A DNA stretch of 64,000 nucleotides, from the NCBI GenBank assembly GCA_002269645.1, contig NIVC01000358.1, positions 1 to 64,000 of the forward strand. Direction: 5' to 3'. The notes beneath the pieces are model-generated. The model had not been told where the DNA came from. It did not search any database and was given only the letters and a program-made list of their open reading frames with translations. The position numbers and the translations under genes are program-made. This document shows, one piece after another, positions 24,939-37,075 of the stretch (the first letter of the stretch is position 1; each line of letters begins with the position of its first letter). The stretch comes from Macrostomum lignano (Eukaryota).

Positions 24939-25099
24939 GTTCGTCATCTTTGAGTTTGATGCTGGGGATCTTTTAGTAGGAGATATTTGAATGGGAGTTA
25001 TGGTTTTTTAAGACACCTGTGGATGAATCTTGAAATTATATTTGAGAATTTCTGGGTATTTTTAGAGGGTGGAGATATTTTAGAGATCCTGGGGATGGT

Positions 25100-25360
25100 T
25101 AGAGGCATTAGGAATGTTTTAGAGACACTGGGAATACTTTAGAGACATTGGGGATATTTTAGAGACACTGGGATACTTTAGAGACATTGGGATATTTTAG
25201 AGACATTGGGGATATTTTAGAGCCATTAGGGATATTTTAGAGACACTGAGGATATTTTAGAGACATTGGGGATATTTTAGAGACACTGGGGACAGTTTAA
25301 AGGCCTTAATGATTTTTTAGTGATATTGGGAATATAAAGATGCTTTAGGAGTTTTTAGAG
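25100..25360. repeat. ~20-21-bp degenerate minisatellite (TTTTAGAGACATTGGGGATAT)
   Basis: About 11 copies in kinase intron 2. Confidence 0.85.
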
Positions 25361-25455
25361 ACACTTTAAGAATATCCTAGTCGATTCTGGTGAGTTTAAT
25401 CGCTCTTATACGCTCGTACACAATCAAATTCCGCCACCATCAAAAACACCAACAG

Positions 25456-25726
25456 CAGCATCAGCAGCAGCACGTGGAGTTTTGCCGTCTGGCGGCTGCT
25501 CGGCTCCTGGCCGGCCTGGACTTCCTGCACAGCAGGCGGATGTGCCACCTGGACGTGAAGCCCTGCAACCTGCTGCTTCGCCGGCCCTACCCAGACTGCG
25601 ACCTGTGCATGTGCGACTTCGGCTTGGTCAAACGGCTGGGCGACGACGCCTCCAACAACGTCACGATGGACGGCACGCCGGACTACGCCGCGCCGGAGGT
25701 GCTCAACTATGAGCCGATTAGCACCG
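25456..25726 (+). CDS. DRAK/STK17-like kinase exon 3 (catalytic loop, DFG, activation segment)
   Basis: HLDVKPCNLLL...PYPDCDLCMCDFG...GTPDYAAPEVLNYEPIST G|gtgaga resembles DRAK/DAPK-family signatures. The 5' acceptor is ambiguous among several CAG codons. Confidence 0.85.
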
Positions 25727-25789
25727 GTGAGAGACGCAAGCAGTTAGTTGTCATTGCGGCGCACATTGAGCATAGAGTTTCTCGGGGAT

Positions 25790-26000
25790 GATAGTCCGAG
25801 AGTGACAGTTTGAGAGTGACAGTTTGAGAGTGACATTCTGAGAGTGATATTCTGAGAGTGACAGTTTGAGAGTGACAGTTTGAGAGAGACATCCTGAGAG
25901 TGGCAGTTTGAGAGTGAAATTCTGAGAGTGACAGTTTGAGAGTGAAATTCTGAGAGTGACAGTTTGAAAGTGACGTTCTAATAGTGAATGTTTAAGAGTG
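25790..26000. repeat. 14-15-bp unit minisatellite (GAGAGTGACAGTTT)
   Basis: About 14 copies at the start of kinase intron 3. Confidence 0.85.
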
Positions 26001-27139
26001 AATCTCTAGGATTGACACTTTCGGTGCGCAATCCTATGAATGGGATTCAAAAATAGTTTTCTAAGAGGGACTGTAGAGTTAAAATTAAAACCGTTATTGT
26101 CATTTTAAAAATGAAATTCTCCAAGTCAAAAATCAGTCAAAAATTGCAAGTTTAAAAACCATGCATATTTGTCGACACACGCGTTGCAAAAAGCATTTTT
26201 ACTTAGTAAAAATTCGATGAATGAAGGAAAGCGACCGAACAAGTACAAACGCATGTCAAACGCTCCTGACAATGTAAGCGTTCGCTATAAAGATGAATGA
26301 CTATTTTTGGTAGCTGTCGAATTCTTTTGAAAGTTCCTTTTCGCCTCTTCTCTCTTCTCCGTTATACCGGAACAACGGGTAGACAGAGATTCCCAGCTTT
26401 AGTCACAGAAAAATCAATGACAGACACATTTAACAGCTTTGCTTGGCCATATTCTAACTGCATCTGCAGACTCTCGAAGTTATATGGATGAGGTACAGCT
26501 GTTGTGTTCTGTCGTGAGACTGTCGTTCGCAATGTGTTTCTGCCCCCCAGATTGCATCCCATGCACCCGCCCCCATGACTGCTGACTGCATATTTGTCGT
26601 CTGCTGCATGTCCCTGTCTTTTACACATCCACACGAGCTGTGCAACCGGAGGAACTAGCAGCAGAGCCTCTATTGATTTGAATATTTTTCTATCTGTCTG
26701 TCCGTCTGTCCCCGCTGGCTGCTACACAGGAGGAAGGCGGGCAGCTGACAGCTTAAGCTATGCCCCATCATCCCCCCAGCCTCCTCCAAGTCGATCTGCT
26801 ATACCTATAGCCGCCCCAATCAAATCCCAAGCTTTGCTTTGGCATGCCAGGGCCCGCATGACCGTGGTGTCCTGCCGCAACCCCTGGAAATGCCGCGAAC
26901 TTTTGCATACCTGAACAGCCTTTTCCTTCAGGTTCAGGCCATACCTCAGGACTGTGCAAAAGGATTTGTTACTCCACCCACGCGAAAGATCTTCTTTTTG
27001 GACGATTTTTGATTGGTTTATTTTTCCTTTTTTCCGTGGCCTTGAATGCAGGGCGATCTCGAGCGAGAATATGGAGTGAAAAACCTTGTATAACATCCTC
27101 ATTTTTAGGGCACCATTACTCCATTAGGCTTACTCCAGC

Positions 27140-27400
27140 CTTCCATTGACTGAGGCTTGCTCAAAGTGTAGTTGCTCAATGGGAGTTGCTGAGAAGCCAT
27201 GGCTCAATATGGGAGTTGCTGAGATGCCAAGGCTCAATAGGGAGTTGCTGAGATGCCATGGCTCAATGGGGAGTTGCTGAGATGCCAATTGGCTCAATGG
27301 GGGGAGTTGCTGAGATGTCATGGCTCAATGGGGAGTTGCTGAGATGTCATAGCTCAATGAGGAGTTGCTCCAGAGATGCCATGGCTCATTGGGGATTTGC
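27140..27400. repeat. Degenerate ~28-bp minisatellite (GGCTCAATGGGAGTTGCTGAGATGCCAT)
   Basis: About 8 copies. Confidence 0.8.
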
Positions 27401-29697
27401 TGAAAGCTGTCCTTGAGACCTACATGTAGCCAAGAAATCAATTTTGTTGATGTTGTTGTTGCAGTTGTTTCCGTTATTTTTGTGTAATTTTTTTGTTTTT
27501 ATTGCTGTTGCGTAGGCGGATTGAGATTCTCCCGTTGAGCCTGAGGAGGGAAAGGTCCAGGCGTCATCCCGAGGGCGGGGACGGTTAGTCCAGCGTCATC
27601 CCAGCCAATTCCCGGATTTCCCGCGGGTTCTCCGTATCGGCTGTTTTTTGTTTTAGGCATTCCAGATTTTCATGCAATAAGATCGCTTTGGCTCTAATGC
27701 ACGGTTGTTGCCGCAGGTAGCTAGTGTAGTACGGATATATTCGGGATTTATTAAACTTGGGTGTGGAAATTTCGACAATTTTCCATCCTTACCACAGCTT
27801 TCTTTCACCCCGGAATGCGGTCATCTCCCCATCTGTCATCCGTCAGGGACTTCGAGATTACTCAGATTGGAAACCGCGTTAGAATCGTGAATCGATCTTT
27901 TAAAAAGTCAATAATATAAAAAAAACGAAACAACAAACAAGCATTGATTGTTTTAAAATTATACATAAACTAAGTAAATTTCGTGAATTGGTGGATTAAT
28001 TCACTTTTATTAAATATTTGGTATTTATTAGACTTCTGCTCAACTTATAAATTAGAAATTAGAAAAAAGTCATTATAATTACGTTACAATTTTATAGATT
28101 AAAATTTACATCAAACAAGAAAAAAATCTGCATACAGCTGAACAAAAAATTAGCTTTGAATCTTTATTTCTAATATTTTTCTATTAATTACACGTATGAA
28201 TAATTTTTGTAGCCTTGTAACCGATCGAGTTATAATTTTCGCTTTTTTATGTCATTGATAACTAATGCCAAGTTCCAAGTCCAGGTGTCTATATAGCCTA
28301 GACGTCCATGCAGTAATTCTGGGGCCACGCAAGAACATCTGTATCTAACGGTATGCCTTGGCACTTGAAGCCTAGTGCGCATTCCAATGTATCATTCGGT
28401 CGTAAAAACATCGTTCCCTATTTTACGACCCTCCAAGGCGAACCCGCAGCAAGTAGTATCTGTATGTATATAATAACCCATTTCCAAAGTTCGCCAAAGC
28501 ACTAAAATCCAAAGATTTTGGCATCAGCGCGAGATTGCGCGGATCTGAAATTTTAAGCGCATAAAGTAGTCGTAGTTTATGTTTTTTTTAAATTGCATCC
28601 CTCCCTGTCAAAGCGCATTGCGCTCGTATATGTACATAAAAATGTGTACACTCGCAATCGTAGAATGGCACTTGAAAGTTTTCGCTGAGACTAATAAACA
28701 AGGTGAATTTTGTAACAGTTTTGAAGTTTAAAACAAAATTAAATTAAATAGAATTAAGTAATTATTAACAGCCATTCGATCCTTAATAATGATATGGTAT
28801 TATATATAGTTACTACGAGCGTATATTATTTGGAATGACATATTTAATGTCCTACTGACATGCATACATGTAGTAGATGCAATTATTTCAGGAAAGAAAC
28901 TTTGCTATATAAGAAAGTATAATTTGGTTTCACTCAAATCGCTACTGGATGATACAGTTATGAAAATTTCGCGAGTTTCACAAAACAATTTATTTTAACA
29001 GTTGTCTTTTGAACTTTGTTTTAATCCAATCAAACTTTTGAACATTTTCAATTAAGTCACAGTTTTTCCATTGCGGTTAAACATTTTTCTAAAAATATTT
29101 AGCCTTCATAAGTTTTCCAAGAAACTATTGTCCCATCCACGTGATCCGCGTACTTCTAGTTGTCTTTGACTGCTGGACCAGCTATCCGGCTAAGAATCCG
29201 GCATCAATTTCCCCCAAAGGAATGCAGAAAAGAACTTTAGTCAAAGTGCTGATCCTAGAAAGCCATCACACGTGATTTTACTATAGCTAGGGCTAAAAAT
29301 ATTTTTTTCTGTTTGTTAATCCCGCTTTTGACAGGCAAGTGAAAGATATATCTGCGCAGTTTTTGAATTCAAATCAATTTTAACAAATCGCGTTTTTGCT
29401 GAGCTTCGGTTTATCATGTTTTATAGGAGAGTAACCTGCATTTATGCAGTGTCCACAATGCAGCTTTCTACTTGGGATCCAAAGCTCCGTAATCTGGTCG
29501 TTGATATTTGGAATTGGATACAACACGCCATCGCTCTGACTAACTCAGATCATTTAAACAAAAAGCACTTATTCAACTCAGATTTTAGGAGATTTCTTAG
29601 ACTTTATTTTAATATTTGTATCCCATAGCTAAACCTCTAAGTATAATTTTAACCATTAGAATATTATTATATTGGCATCATTTTATTAGTAGTACGT

Positions 29698-29911
29698 TGT
29701 GGCGGCCACTGGTGCACGGTCGAGAGCGGGGCCCGCCTGTGCACAGGCCGGCCCTGCACGCCTAGCTGCTGGGGAGTTTTGTCCAGCCAGCCAGTTCGCT
29801 CTGACTCACACCTCCCTATTCTCTCAAGAATAAAGACTATGCTTAAACAAATATACACAAGATCTTTTGCTCGCTTGCTGCTTTTCAAGCTTCAACTCGC
29901 AAGCCGCTTCA
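29698..29911 (+). repeat. 5' LTR (214 bp)
   Basis: Direct repeat of 33479-33689; AATAAA at 29829-29834. Confidence 0.95.
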
Positions 29912-29941
29912 TTGGTGAGCCCTACGCAGCCATTTCGTGCA

Positions 29942-32587
29942 ATGGCCCAACAAACCGACTCTGCTGTGTCCCTGAAGCTGCCCACGTTTTGGGCGGCCCA
30001 GCCTCGAGCCTGGTTCATCCAGGCCGAAGCTCAGTTCACCCTGAGAGGCATCACTCAGGACGAGACAAAGTACGCCCATCTGGTTGCAGCTCTTGACCAG
30101 CAGACAGCAGAGCGCCTGCTCGATGTGCTCGAGGCTCCTCCGGAGGCGAACAAGTATGTTCAGCTAAAGGAGCGCCTCAACAGCACTTTCGATTTGACTC
30201 CTCAGCAGCGGGCGAGTCGCCTGCTCAGCATGTCCGGCCTCGGCGACCGGCGGCCTTCCGAGCTGATGGACGAGATGCTCGCGCTGCTGGGGAACCACCG
30301 CCCCTGCCTGCTATTCGAGGAGCTGTTCCGCCAGCAGCTGCCACCGGAAGTACGCATGGCCATGACAACCGTCAGTTTCGCGGACCCCCGGGCAGCAGCG
30401 CAGCAGGCGGACAAGCTCTGGGCCAGCCGGCCGCAGCTGGTGGCGGCCTCCGTTCAGCAGCCGGTGGTAGAGCCGGCCCAGCAAGCCCAGCCGGCGGTCT
30501 CTGCGGCCAGCAAGGGCGCCAGACAGAGACGGCCCAGCAGCACCGCCCGGACGACGGCCTGTGTTTCTTTCACCGTCGTTTCGGTGCGAAAGCCCGCTGT
30601 GAGCTCCCGTGCAGCTTCCAGGGAAACGGACAGGCCGGCCGTCAGTGAACAGCTCGACAGCCGGCAACAGCAGCAGCCTGCTCCTCATCCCGGGTGTGCA
30701 GACGGGGGCCGGCGTTTCCTGGTCGACACCGGCGCCGAGGTCAGCATTTTCCCCGTCGCCGGTTCCGACGCCCGCCTGCACTCGCCAGGCCCGCCGCTTT
30801 TCGCAGCCAACGGCAGCCTCATCCGAACCTTCGGCACCCGCCAGCTAACGTTGGACCTCGGCATCCGGCGCTGCTCCTGGCCGTTCCTTCTGGCCGAGGT
30901 CTCCCGCCCGCTGATCGGCGCCGACTTTCTGCGGCACCACGGCCTGCTGGTGGACCTGCCGCACCGGCGCCTCGACGCCCGCTCGCTCGCCAGCGTGCAC
31001 CTGCTGGACGGCGCGGGGCCCGGACTGCAACTCGCGGCAGCCGCCGCTGCGGACCCGTACAGCCAGCTGTTGGCAGAGTTCCCCGCCCTCACCGAGCCCA
31101 GTTTCCAGCGGGCTGAGCCACGACACGGGGTGGAGCACCACATCCCGACGCAGGGCCCGCCGGTCCATGCCCGCCCTCGCCGCCTGCCGCCAGACAAGCT
31201 GGCGGTGGCCAAGGAGGAGTTCCGGCTCCTGGAGCAGCTCGGAATCGTTCGTCAGTCCAACAGCCCTTGGTCCTCGCCGTTGCATATGGTCCCAAAAGCC
31301 TCCGGTGGCTGGCGGCCCTGCGGCGATTTCAGGCGGCTAAACGACGCCACGGTGCCCGACCGCTACCCGGTGCCGCACATCCAGGACTTCTCAGTGCGCC
31401 TGGCTGGCTGCTCGGTTTTCTCCAAGATCGACCTGGTTTGTGGCTACCACCAGGTGCCCGTGGCCGCAGCCGACGTGCCCAAGACCGCCGTCACCACCCC
31501 GTTCGGCCTCTTTGAGTTTCTGCGAATGCCATTCGGTCTCAAGAATGCCGCCCAGGCCTTCCAGCGGTTAGTGGACTCCATCTGCCAAGACCTGGAATTT
31601 GTCTTCGCCTACATCGACGACTTCCTGGTCGCTAGCCACAGCCCGCAAGAGCACCTGGAGCACCTGCGGACGCTTTTCCAGCGCCTGGCGGACAACGGCC
31701 TTATCGTCAACCCGGCCAAGTGCGAGTTCGGCCGCAGCGAGATCGACTTCCTCGGCCACCAGATCAGCGCCCAGGGAGCCGTGCCGCTGCCCGCCAAAGT
31801 CGACGCCATCGCCAGATTCGCACCGCCAGCCACCGTCAAGGGCCTGCAGGAGTTCGCCGGCATGGTGAATTTCTACCACCGCTTCGTGCCGCGCGCCGCC
31901 CAGCTGCTGCGCCTCATCCATGCGGCCACGGCCGGCAAGGAGAAGTACGTCTGGTGGACGCCCGAGCTGACCGCCGCTTTCGACGGAGCGAAGCGGGTGC
32001 TGGCCTCCGCCGCCATGCTGGCGCACCCGCGGCCAGACGCGCCCATCGCCCTCACCGTCGACGCCTCCGATACCACGGTCGGGGCAGCGCTCGAGCAGCG
32101 GGTTGGCAGCGCCTGGCAGCCGCTTGCCTTCTTCAGCCGGCAGATGCGCCCGCCCGAGCAGAAGTACAGCGGGTTCGACCGCGAGCTGCTCGCCCTGTAC
32201 CTGGCGGTCCGGCACTTTCGCTATTTCCTGGAAGGCCGCACGTTCACTGCTTTCACGGACCACAAGCCGCTAGTCGCCGCCATGTCCAAGATGTCCGACC
32301 CGTGGTCCGCCCGACAGCAGCGCCACCTGGCCTACGTGTCCGAGTTCAACACGGACATCCAGCACGTGGCGGGCAAGAACAACTCGGTCGCAGACGCGCT
32401 GTCCCGCTGCACGGTCTCTTCCGTGCAGCCCCGGCTGCTCCCCGGCGTGGATTTCGCGGCTATGGCGCAAGCGCAGGCGGCCGATACGGCCAGTCAGGCC
32501 GATGCCAGCCTCCAGCTCGAGCCGCTGCAGCTCAGCCCCGGTGTCGCCCTGCTCTGCGACATCTCCACAGGCCGGCCGCGCCCGTAG
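29942..32587 (+). pseudogene. Gypsy gag-pro-RT-RNaseH (internally frameshifted; ends at premature TAG)
   Basis: Gag KLPTFW...WFIQAEAQF; FLVDTGAEV; GTPFGL-type block [24 protein letters not shown]; YIDD; DAS...ELLA..DH RNase H motifs. The CHCC finger and the pol N-terminus lie in other frames. Confidence 0.9.
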
Positions 32588-32619
32588 GTGCCGCCGAATT
32601 TCAGACGCCCGTCTTCGAC

Positions 32620-33365
32620 GCCATCCACGGCCTCGCTCACCCGTCCGTCCGCAGCACGCGGCGCCTCGTGGCCGCCAAGTTCGTGTGGGCCGGCATGAAC
32701 AAGGACGTTAGCCGGTGGGCCTGGTCCTGTGTCGCCTGCCAGACGGCCAAGGCGCACCGGCACGTCGCCGCCCCGGTTGACAATATCCGCGTCCCGGACC
32801 AGCGCTTCGCCCACGTGCACGTCGACCTGGTGGGGCCGCTGCCGCCTTCGCAAGGCTTCACGCACCTGCTGACTATCGTGGACCGTTTCACCCGGTGGCC
32901 GGAGGCGATCCCGATGACCGACAACTCCGCGGCCGGGTGCGTCTCCGCCTTCATCGCCCACTGGATCGCCAGGTTTGGAGTGCCAAGCGACATCACCTCG
33001 GACCGCGGCTCGCAGTTCACGTCGCTGCTGTGGTCCAACGTCTCACGGCTCCTCGGAATGCAGCTCCACCGGACAACGGCTTTCCATCCGCAGGCGAACG
33101 GGCTGGTCGAGCGTTTCCACCGGCAGCTGAAGTTCTCCCTCATGGCGGGACTGGCCGGACCAGCCTGGGTCAGCGAGCTGCCCTGGGTGCTGCTCGGCAT
33201 CCGGACGGCCCCCAAGGAGGACCTGCCAGCATCGTCGGCCGAGCTGGTCTACGGAGCGCCCCTCTGCGTGCCTGGCGAGTGCCTGCAGCCCAGCCCGCCG
33301 GCCGGCGACCACGACCAGTTCCTCGCCCGGCTCCGCGGCGCCGTCCAAGCATTCCGGCGACATTC
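32620..33365 (+). pseudogene. Gypsy integrase (HHCC + DDE core), C-terminal GPY/F region apparently missing
   Basis: IHGLAHP...CVAC; HVDLVGP, TSDRGSQF, GLVERFHR. Separated from RNase H by TAG plus a frameshift. Confidence 0.88.
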
Positions 33366-33478
33366 CGCCGGCGGCCCAACGCACTGCTGCTTTCCCCAGC
33401 CGCCAACTGCCACCCCGCCGGTGCCGTCCGAGCCCGGCGGCCTTGGCCGAATAGCTCGGTGCTGGGGGGGGGGAGCTC

Positions 33479-33689
33479 TGTGGCGGCCAATGGTGCACGG
33501 TCAAGAGCGGGGCCCGCCTGTGCACAGGCCCCTGCACGCCTGGCTGCTGGGGAGTTTTGCCCAGCCAGCCAGTTCACTCCGACTCACACCTCCCTATTCT
33601 CTCAAGGATAAAGACTATGCTTAAACAAATATACACAAGATCTTTTGCTCGCTTGCTGCTTTTCAAGCTTCCACTCGCAAGCCGCTTCA
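33479..33689 (+). repeat. 3' LTR (211 bp)
   Basis: By manual alignment it differs from the 5' LTR by 8 substitutions and one 3-nt indel; the poly(A) signal reads GATAAA. Confidence 0.95.
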
Positions 33690-34947
33690 ACTTACTATAT
33701 GCAAGATAGGCTATCACGATGGACTGAACAATCTATCATGGATACAAATATAGAGACCTGAAGAGATTCTGAAATCTCAGGAGAAATCAGGGCGGACACC
33801 TGAAAAGTCAGGTGATAACAATGACCTCAGGTACATGCAAGAGAGACATGAAGGTTCGTAAGAATACAGGGGATATTTAGGAGGATAACAAAGACGTAAA
33901 GTTTGTTCAGAAATAACAGGGGCCTGAAGATTGAGAGGGTAAGTGAGGTCGGGAAATGCAGAGGTTAACAGAGCCTGAAAGTGCAGGAGACAACAGAGAT
34001 CTGAAATTTCAAGCATTAATAGAGACATACATGTAGAGGCTCAGGAGATACATACTTACAAATACAGTTATAGGTATTAAAATCAAAACGGAATTTATTA
34101 AAACAAATACATGCATGTATTACTGCTAATAATTTGATGCCAATTATTATTTGGATTCATTGAGTAAAGAATCTACATGCAATACTTAACAAAAACATAT
34201 TACACTGCAAGTACTTTAAATACGAGAGTTAAAGTGAGTTGCTAGCCCATTATTCAACTCAGTTGCATACTATACAATCTAACATTGTTGTTGTTTTATC
34301 GCGGAAGCAACTTTAGAAAGCTATGCGGAAATATCCAGTATGAGTATTATAATTCCATGAATTGAAAAAATAGCTATGGTCCAATATTATCCATTATCAA
34401 GCCGCGCACAAAAGGCAAAATGATGGAAGACATTTTAAAATAAATGACTGTCTAGAAAATTAAATCGCCGAATTTTTCCGAGTATCAGTCAGTTTGGTTT
34501 AACAGACGGACGGCAGCAAATACGAGACAAAAAAAATTAAACAAATGTACTGCTGCCGTCGAACTACTAAGAGTAATACATTATGCAAATTTAAAAAAAC
34601 CCGCTAAGTATTTTTGTTAAAAAAGACTTAAAAACAAGGACTCTTTAGACTTGGTTTAACAACATTGCTTGCGAGAATAGTTTCTTACTAAATCCTAATG
34701 GCGACAGCACTGAATTTGAAAGCAGACAATTTGATAATGAGAGAATTGCAGCATTTTTAGTAGTTAAAAATCTTACACTTCTCTCGATTGTCGGGTGGTC
34801 AACTGACCTCTCTAGAAGACCCCACTGAGCCTGCAAAATTGATGGGGTCTGCTGAATCTGGTTTATCGACCCTAATTTTGCTTACAGTTTTTAAACAAGC
34901 AAAAACGCAGAACTAAAATAATCAATATCGTCAAGGCTACTCAAAAT

Positions 34948-36039
34948 CTACTCAGTCTTTTTGTCCTCACTTGCCGCTAGCGCAGACCCAACAGTCGTAG
35001 ACGCTTTGGCCCCAGTCTGCGAATCAACCTTCGATCTGGGCGGAGCCGGCAGCACAAAAGTGGCCGCCAATGCAACAAACACAACAATGTGTCCGGTCCA
35101 CATCATTGTGCCATGGTAGTAGGACAATACCAAGTTGAGGTGCAGCAGAGTGAACGGCACCACAATGTAAGCCAGGATCAGTTGCGTACAGAACCAAGTG
35201 ATAACGTGGTACAATAGCAGCTGATTGGCTGCCAAAAATCGCGGTCTGAAAATCCTGCGAATCCGTCTGGCGGCAACCGTGGTTGGCACAGCGAACAGGA
35301 ATGTGAAATAATAGCCGGGATAAAATCCATGCCACATTGCCGACAACACAAATGTGCCAATCATTTTAAACTTTGGCGGCAGTCGACTGTAAGCTAGCAG
35401 TCTTAACCACGCGTTCGTTGAAGTGTTCCACGCGTCGATGTAGGACCGCATCGATGTGGCCGCTTCGAGACCCATGATGCTGACATTTTTTATGCCGGTC
35501 CAGTCCTCTTTCTGTCGGTCGTAGCCGTACCCAGCAGCCAGTTGAATACAGCTGCCCAGATTCCAGGCGAAATAGTACTTCAATCTAGCCACCATCATCA
35601 CCAGGTAGGTTAGAAATACGCGAACTAGGAATGGCCGTTGTTGAGCATAGTCCAGCAGCGTGTCTGGCTGCCACCTTGGCGCCAGCACAAGCATCAAAGA
35701 AACCAGCACCAGAGTCAGTAGCATGTGCCGCACTAGAGCTCTCTTGCGTCCTCTGGCTTTGAAATTGAGCGGCTGCTCCTCCATGAAGTGAATGTACTCA
35801 GAGTAGAAGGAAATCGGGCCAACAACAACTCCGTGAAAGAAGAACACAAATGAAGCCAACTGAAGCAGGGTTGGCTTCTTCTCGACCATGAGTCTTTGAT
35901 TCTCCTCTGGCAGTCGGTCGCGATCTTTGCGCGAATAGTCGTGCAAGCTGAAGGCCAGTGCAGTCAGCTTCTGGGTGCTGATCATCACGGGCGCGGTGAA
36001 GTCCACGGTGCCCAGATCCTTCTGCATGATTCGTTTCAC
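34948..36039 (-). CDS. MBOAT1/2: Membrane-bound O-acyltransferase (lysophospholipid acyltransferase, MBOAT1/2-oysgedart type), exon 2
   Basis: ctgtgcag|GTG AAA CGA. MISTQKLTALAF, KYYFAW, DAWNTSTNAWLR, SAMWHGFYPGYY (catalytic His) are MBOAT signatures. Confidence 0.92.
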   Translation of the reverse strand: MKRIMQKDLGTVDFTAPVMISTQKLTALAFSLHDYSRKDRDRLPEENQRLMVEKKPTLLQLASFVFFFHGVVVGPISFYSEYIHFMEEQPLNFKARGRKRALVRHMLLTLVLVSLMLVLAPRWQPDTLLDYAQQRPFLVRVFLTYLVMMVARLKYYFAWNLGSCIQLAAGYGYDRQKEDWTGIKNVSIMGLEAATSMRSYIDAWNTSTNAWLRLLAYSRLPPKFKMIGTFVLSAMWHGFYPGYYFTFLFAVPTTVAARRIRRIFRPRFLAANQLLLYHVITWFCTQLILAYIVVPFTLLHLNLVLSYYHGTMMWTGHIVVFVALAATFVLPAPPRSKVDSQTGAKASTTVGSALAASEDKKTE

Positions 36040-37075
36040 CTGCACAGGTTATGGAGAGGTTCCGGAGTGGGTTTTCGTCCAACTGCATCAAAACGTTTTA
36101 CAGGTTCAAAGAAAAGAAAATCTAAGCAAATACTTCTGAAGTCAAAGGACCTAACACTTTGATTCGATATGGCCTTTAAAAATTCGAAGTTCATGCCTAG
36201 GAGCAAGCAGTTCAATACTGAATGGGAGAATCAAGCTATTGAATACTTGCTTTTCATTGTCTATGGCCCATCAGGGGGTCTGTGGAGCAGTCAATCTGGG
36301 AATTTCGGAGCGCAATTAATCCTTTCCACTGCTGTGCCAGCCTCAGACCATAGACAATAGCAGATGTCATCAGACAAACAAACGGCAGACAAGGAATTTT
36401 AGCGAGAAGCCGAGAGCATTGTCGGCTGATTTTCCATGCAAGAATGGCATTCTTGCACTCTTTTGCGTGCAAGAATGGATGTCTATGGTAAAATCTCACT
36501 GAAAAAGCATTAGGCGCAGAAATGCATTCCTGCACGGTTTTGTGCATTCCTGCACGATGAATCATCCGACAATGGAATTCCTTCACGTTCACTCGTGCGT
36601 GAAGGACATCGTGCACTCGTGCGCTAGCGCGCACTCGTGCAGATGTCATTCCCGCACTCGTGACCGTGCAGGAATATAGCAGTGACGCAAAGTTTTGCTA
36701 CATGTACAACTCAAGATGCCACAGAATATTGTAAGATAAGCAACGAAAAGTGCACGACCGGATTGTCGCTGCCATCGAAAGTAATTGCCAATTTTAATTT
36801 CGTTATACAATCTGTTTGCAGACGTTGTTTCAGCAAATACAGGAGGATTTTACTGTGGCAAGCATTGATTGCGTGATTAAAATTCTAAAATTGGCTGCTC
36901 CACAAACCCTCTGTTGGACTATAGACAGTGAAATTAAGCAAGTCTTTAATAGAGCTCGTGTTCCTTATGCTCAATTGGCTTGAAAAATGCTATATTGCGA
37001 CTATCATTAATGCAAGAAAATTCCTGGCTCAGTGAGTGCTTTAGCATAGATGCCATTTGAAAAGTCTATGGCCAT

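Larger units (their letters stand above)
29698..33689 (+). mobile_element. Ty3/Gypsy LTR retrotransposon, CsRn1-like, degenerate (~4.0 kb)
   Basis: LTRs 29698-29911 and 33479-33689 (TG...CA); PBS-like TGGTGAGCCCTACG 29913-29926; PPT G10AG 33464-33475; flanks ACGT/ACTT (4-bp TSD with one mismatch); gag, protease DTG, RT YIDD, RNase H and integrase HHCC/DDE in Gypsy order. Confidence 0.95.

Noticed and set aside
26758-27102. 114-aa minus-strand ORF (RMLYKVFH...SRG..K) resembling a LINE ORF2 3' end
   Set aside because: Too little conserved signal, and no splice sites link it to neighbouring genes.
29867-32587. Intact 906-aa gag-pol polyprotein implying an active element
   Set aside because: The frame is a composite of compensating indels, ends at a premature stop before integrase, and the LTRs have diverged.
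30202-33624. Numerous overlapping antisense and alternate-frame ORFs in the Gypsy body, including most of the 634-aa ORF
   Set aside because: These are GC-rich shadow ORFs; only ~32620-33365 of the 634-aa ORF is integrase.
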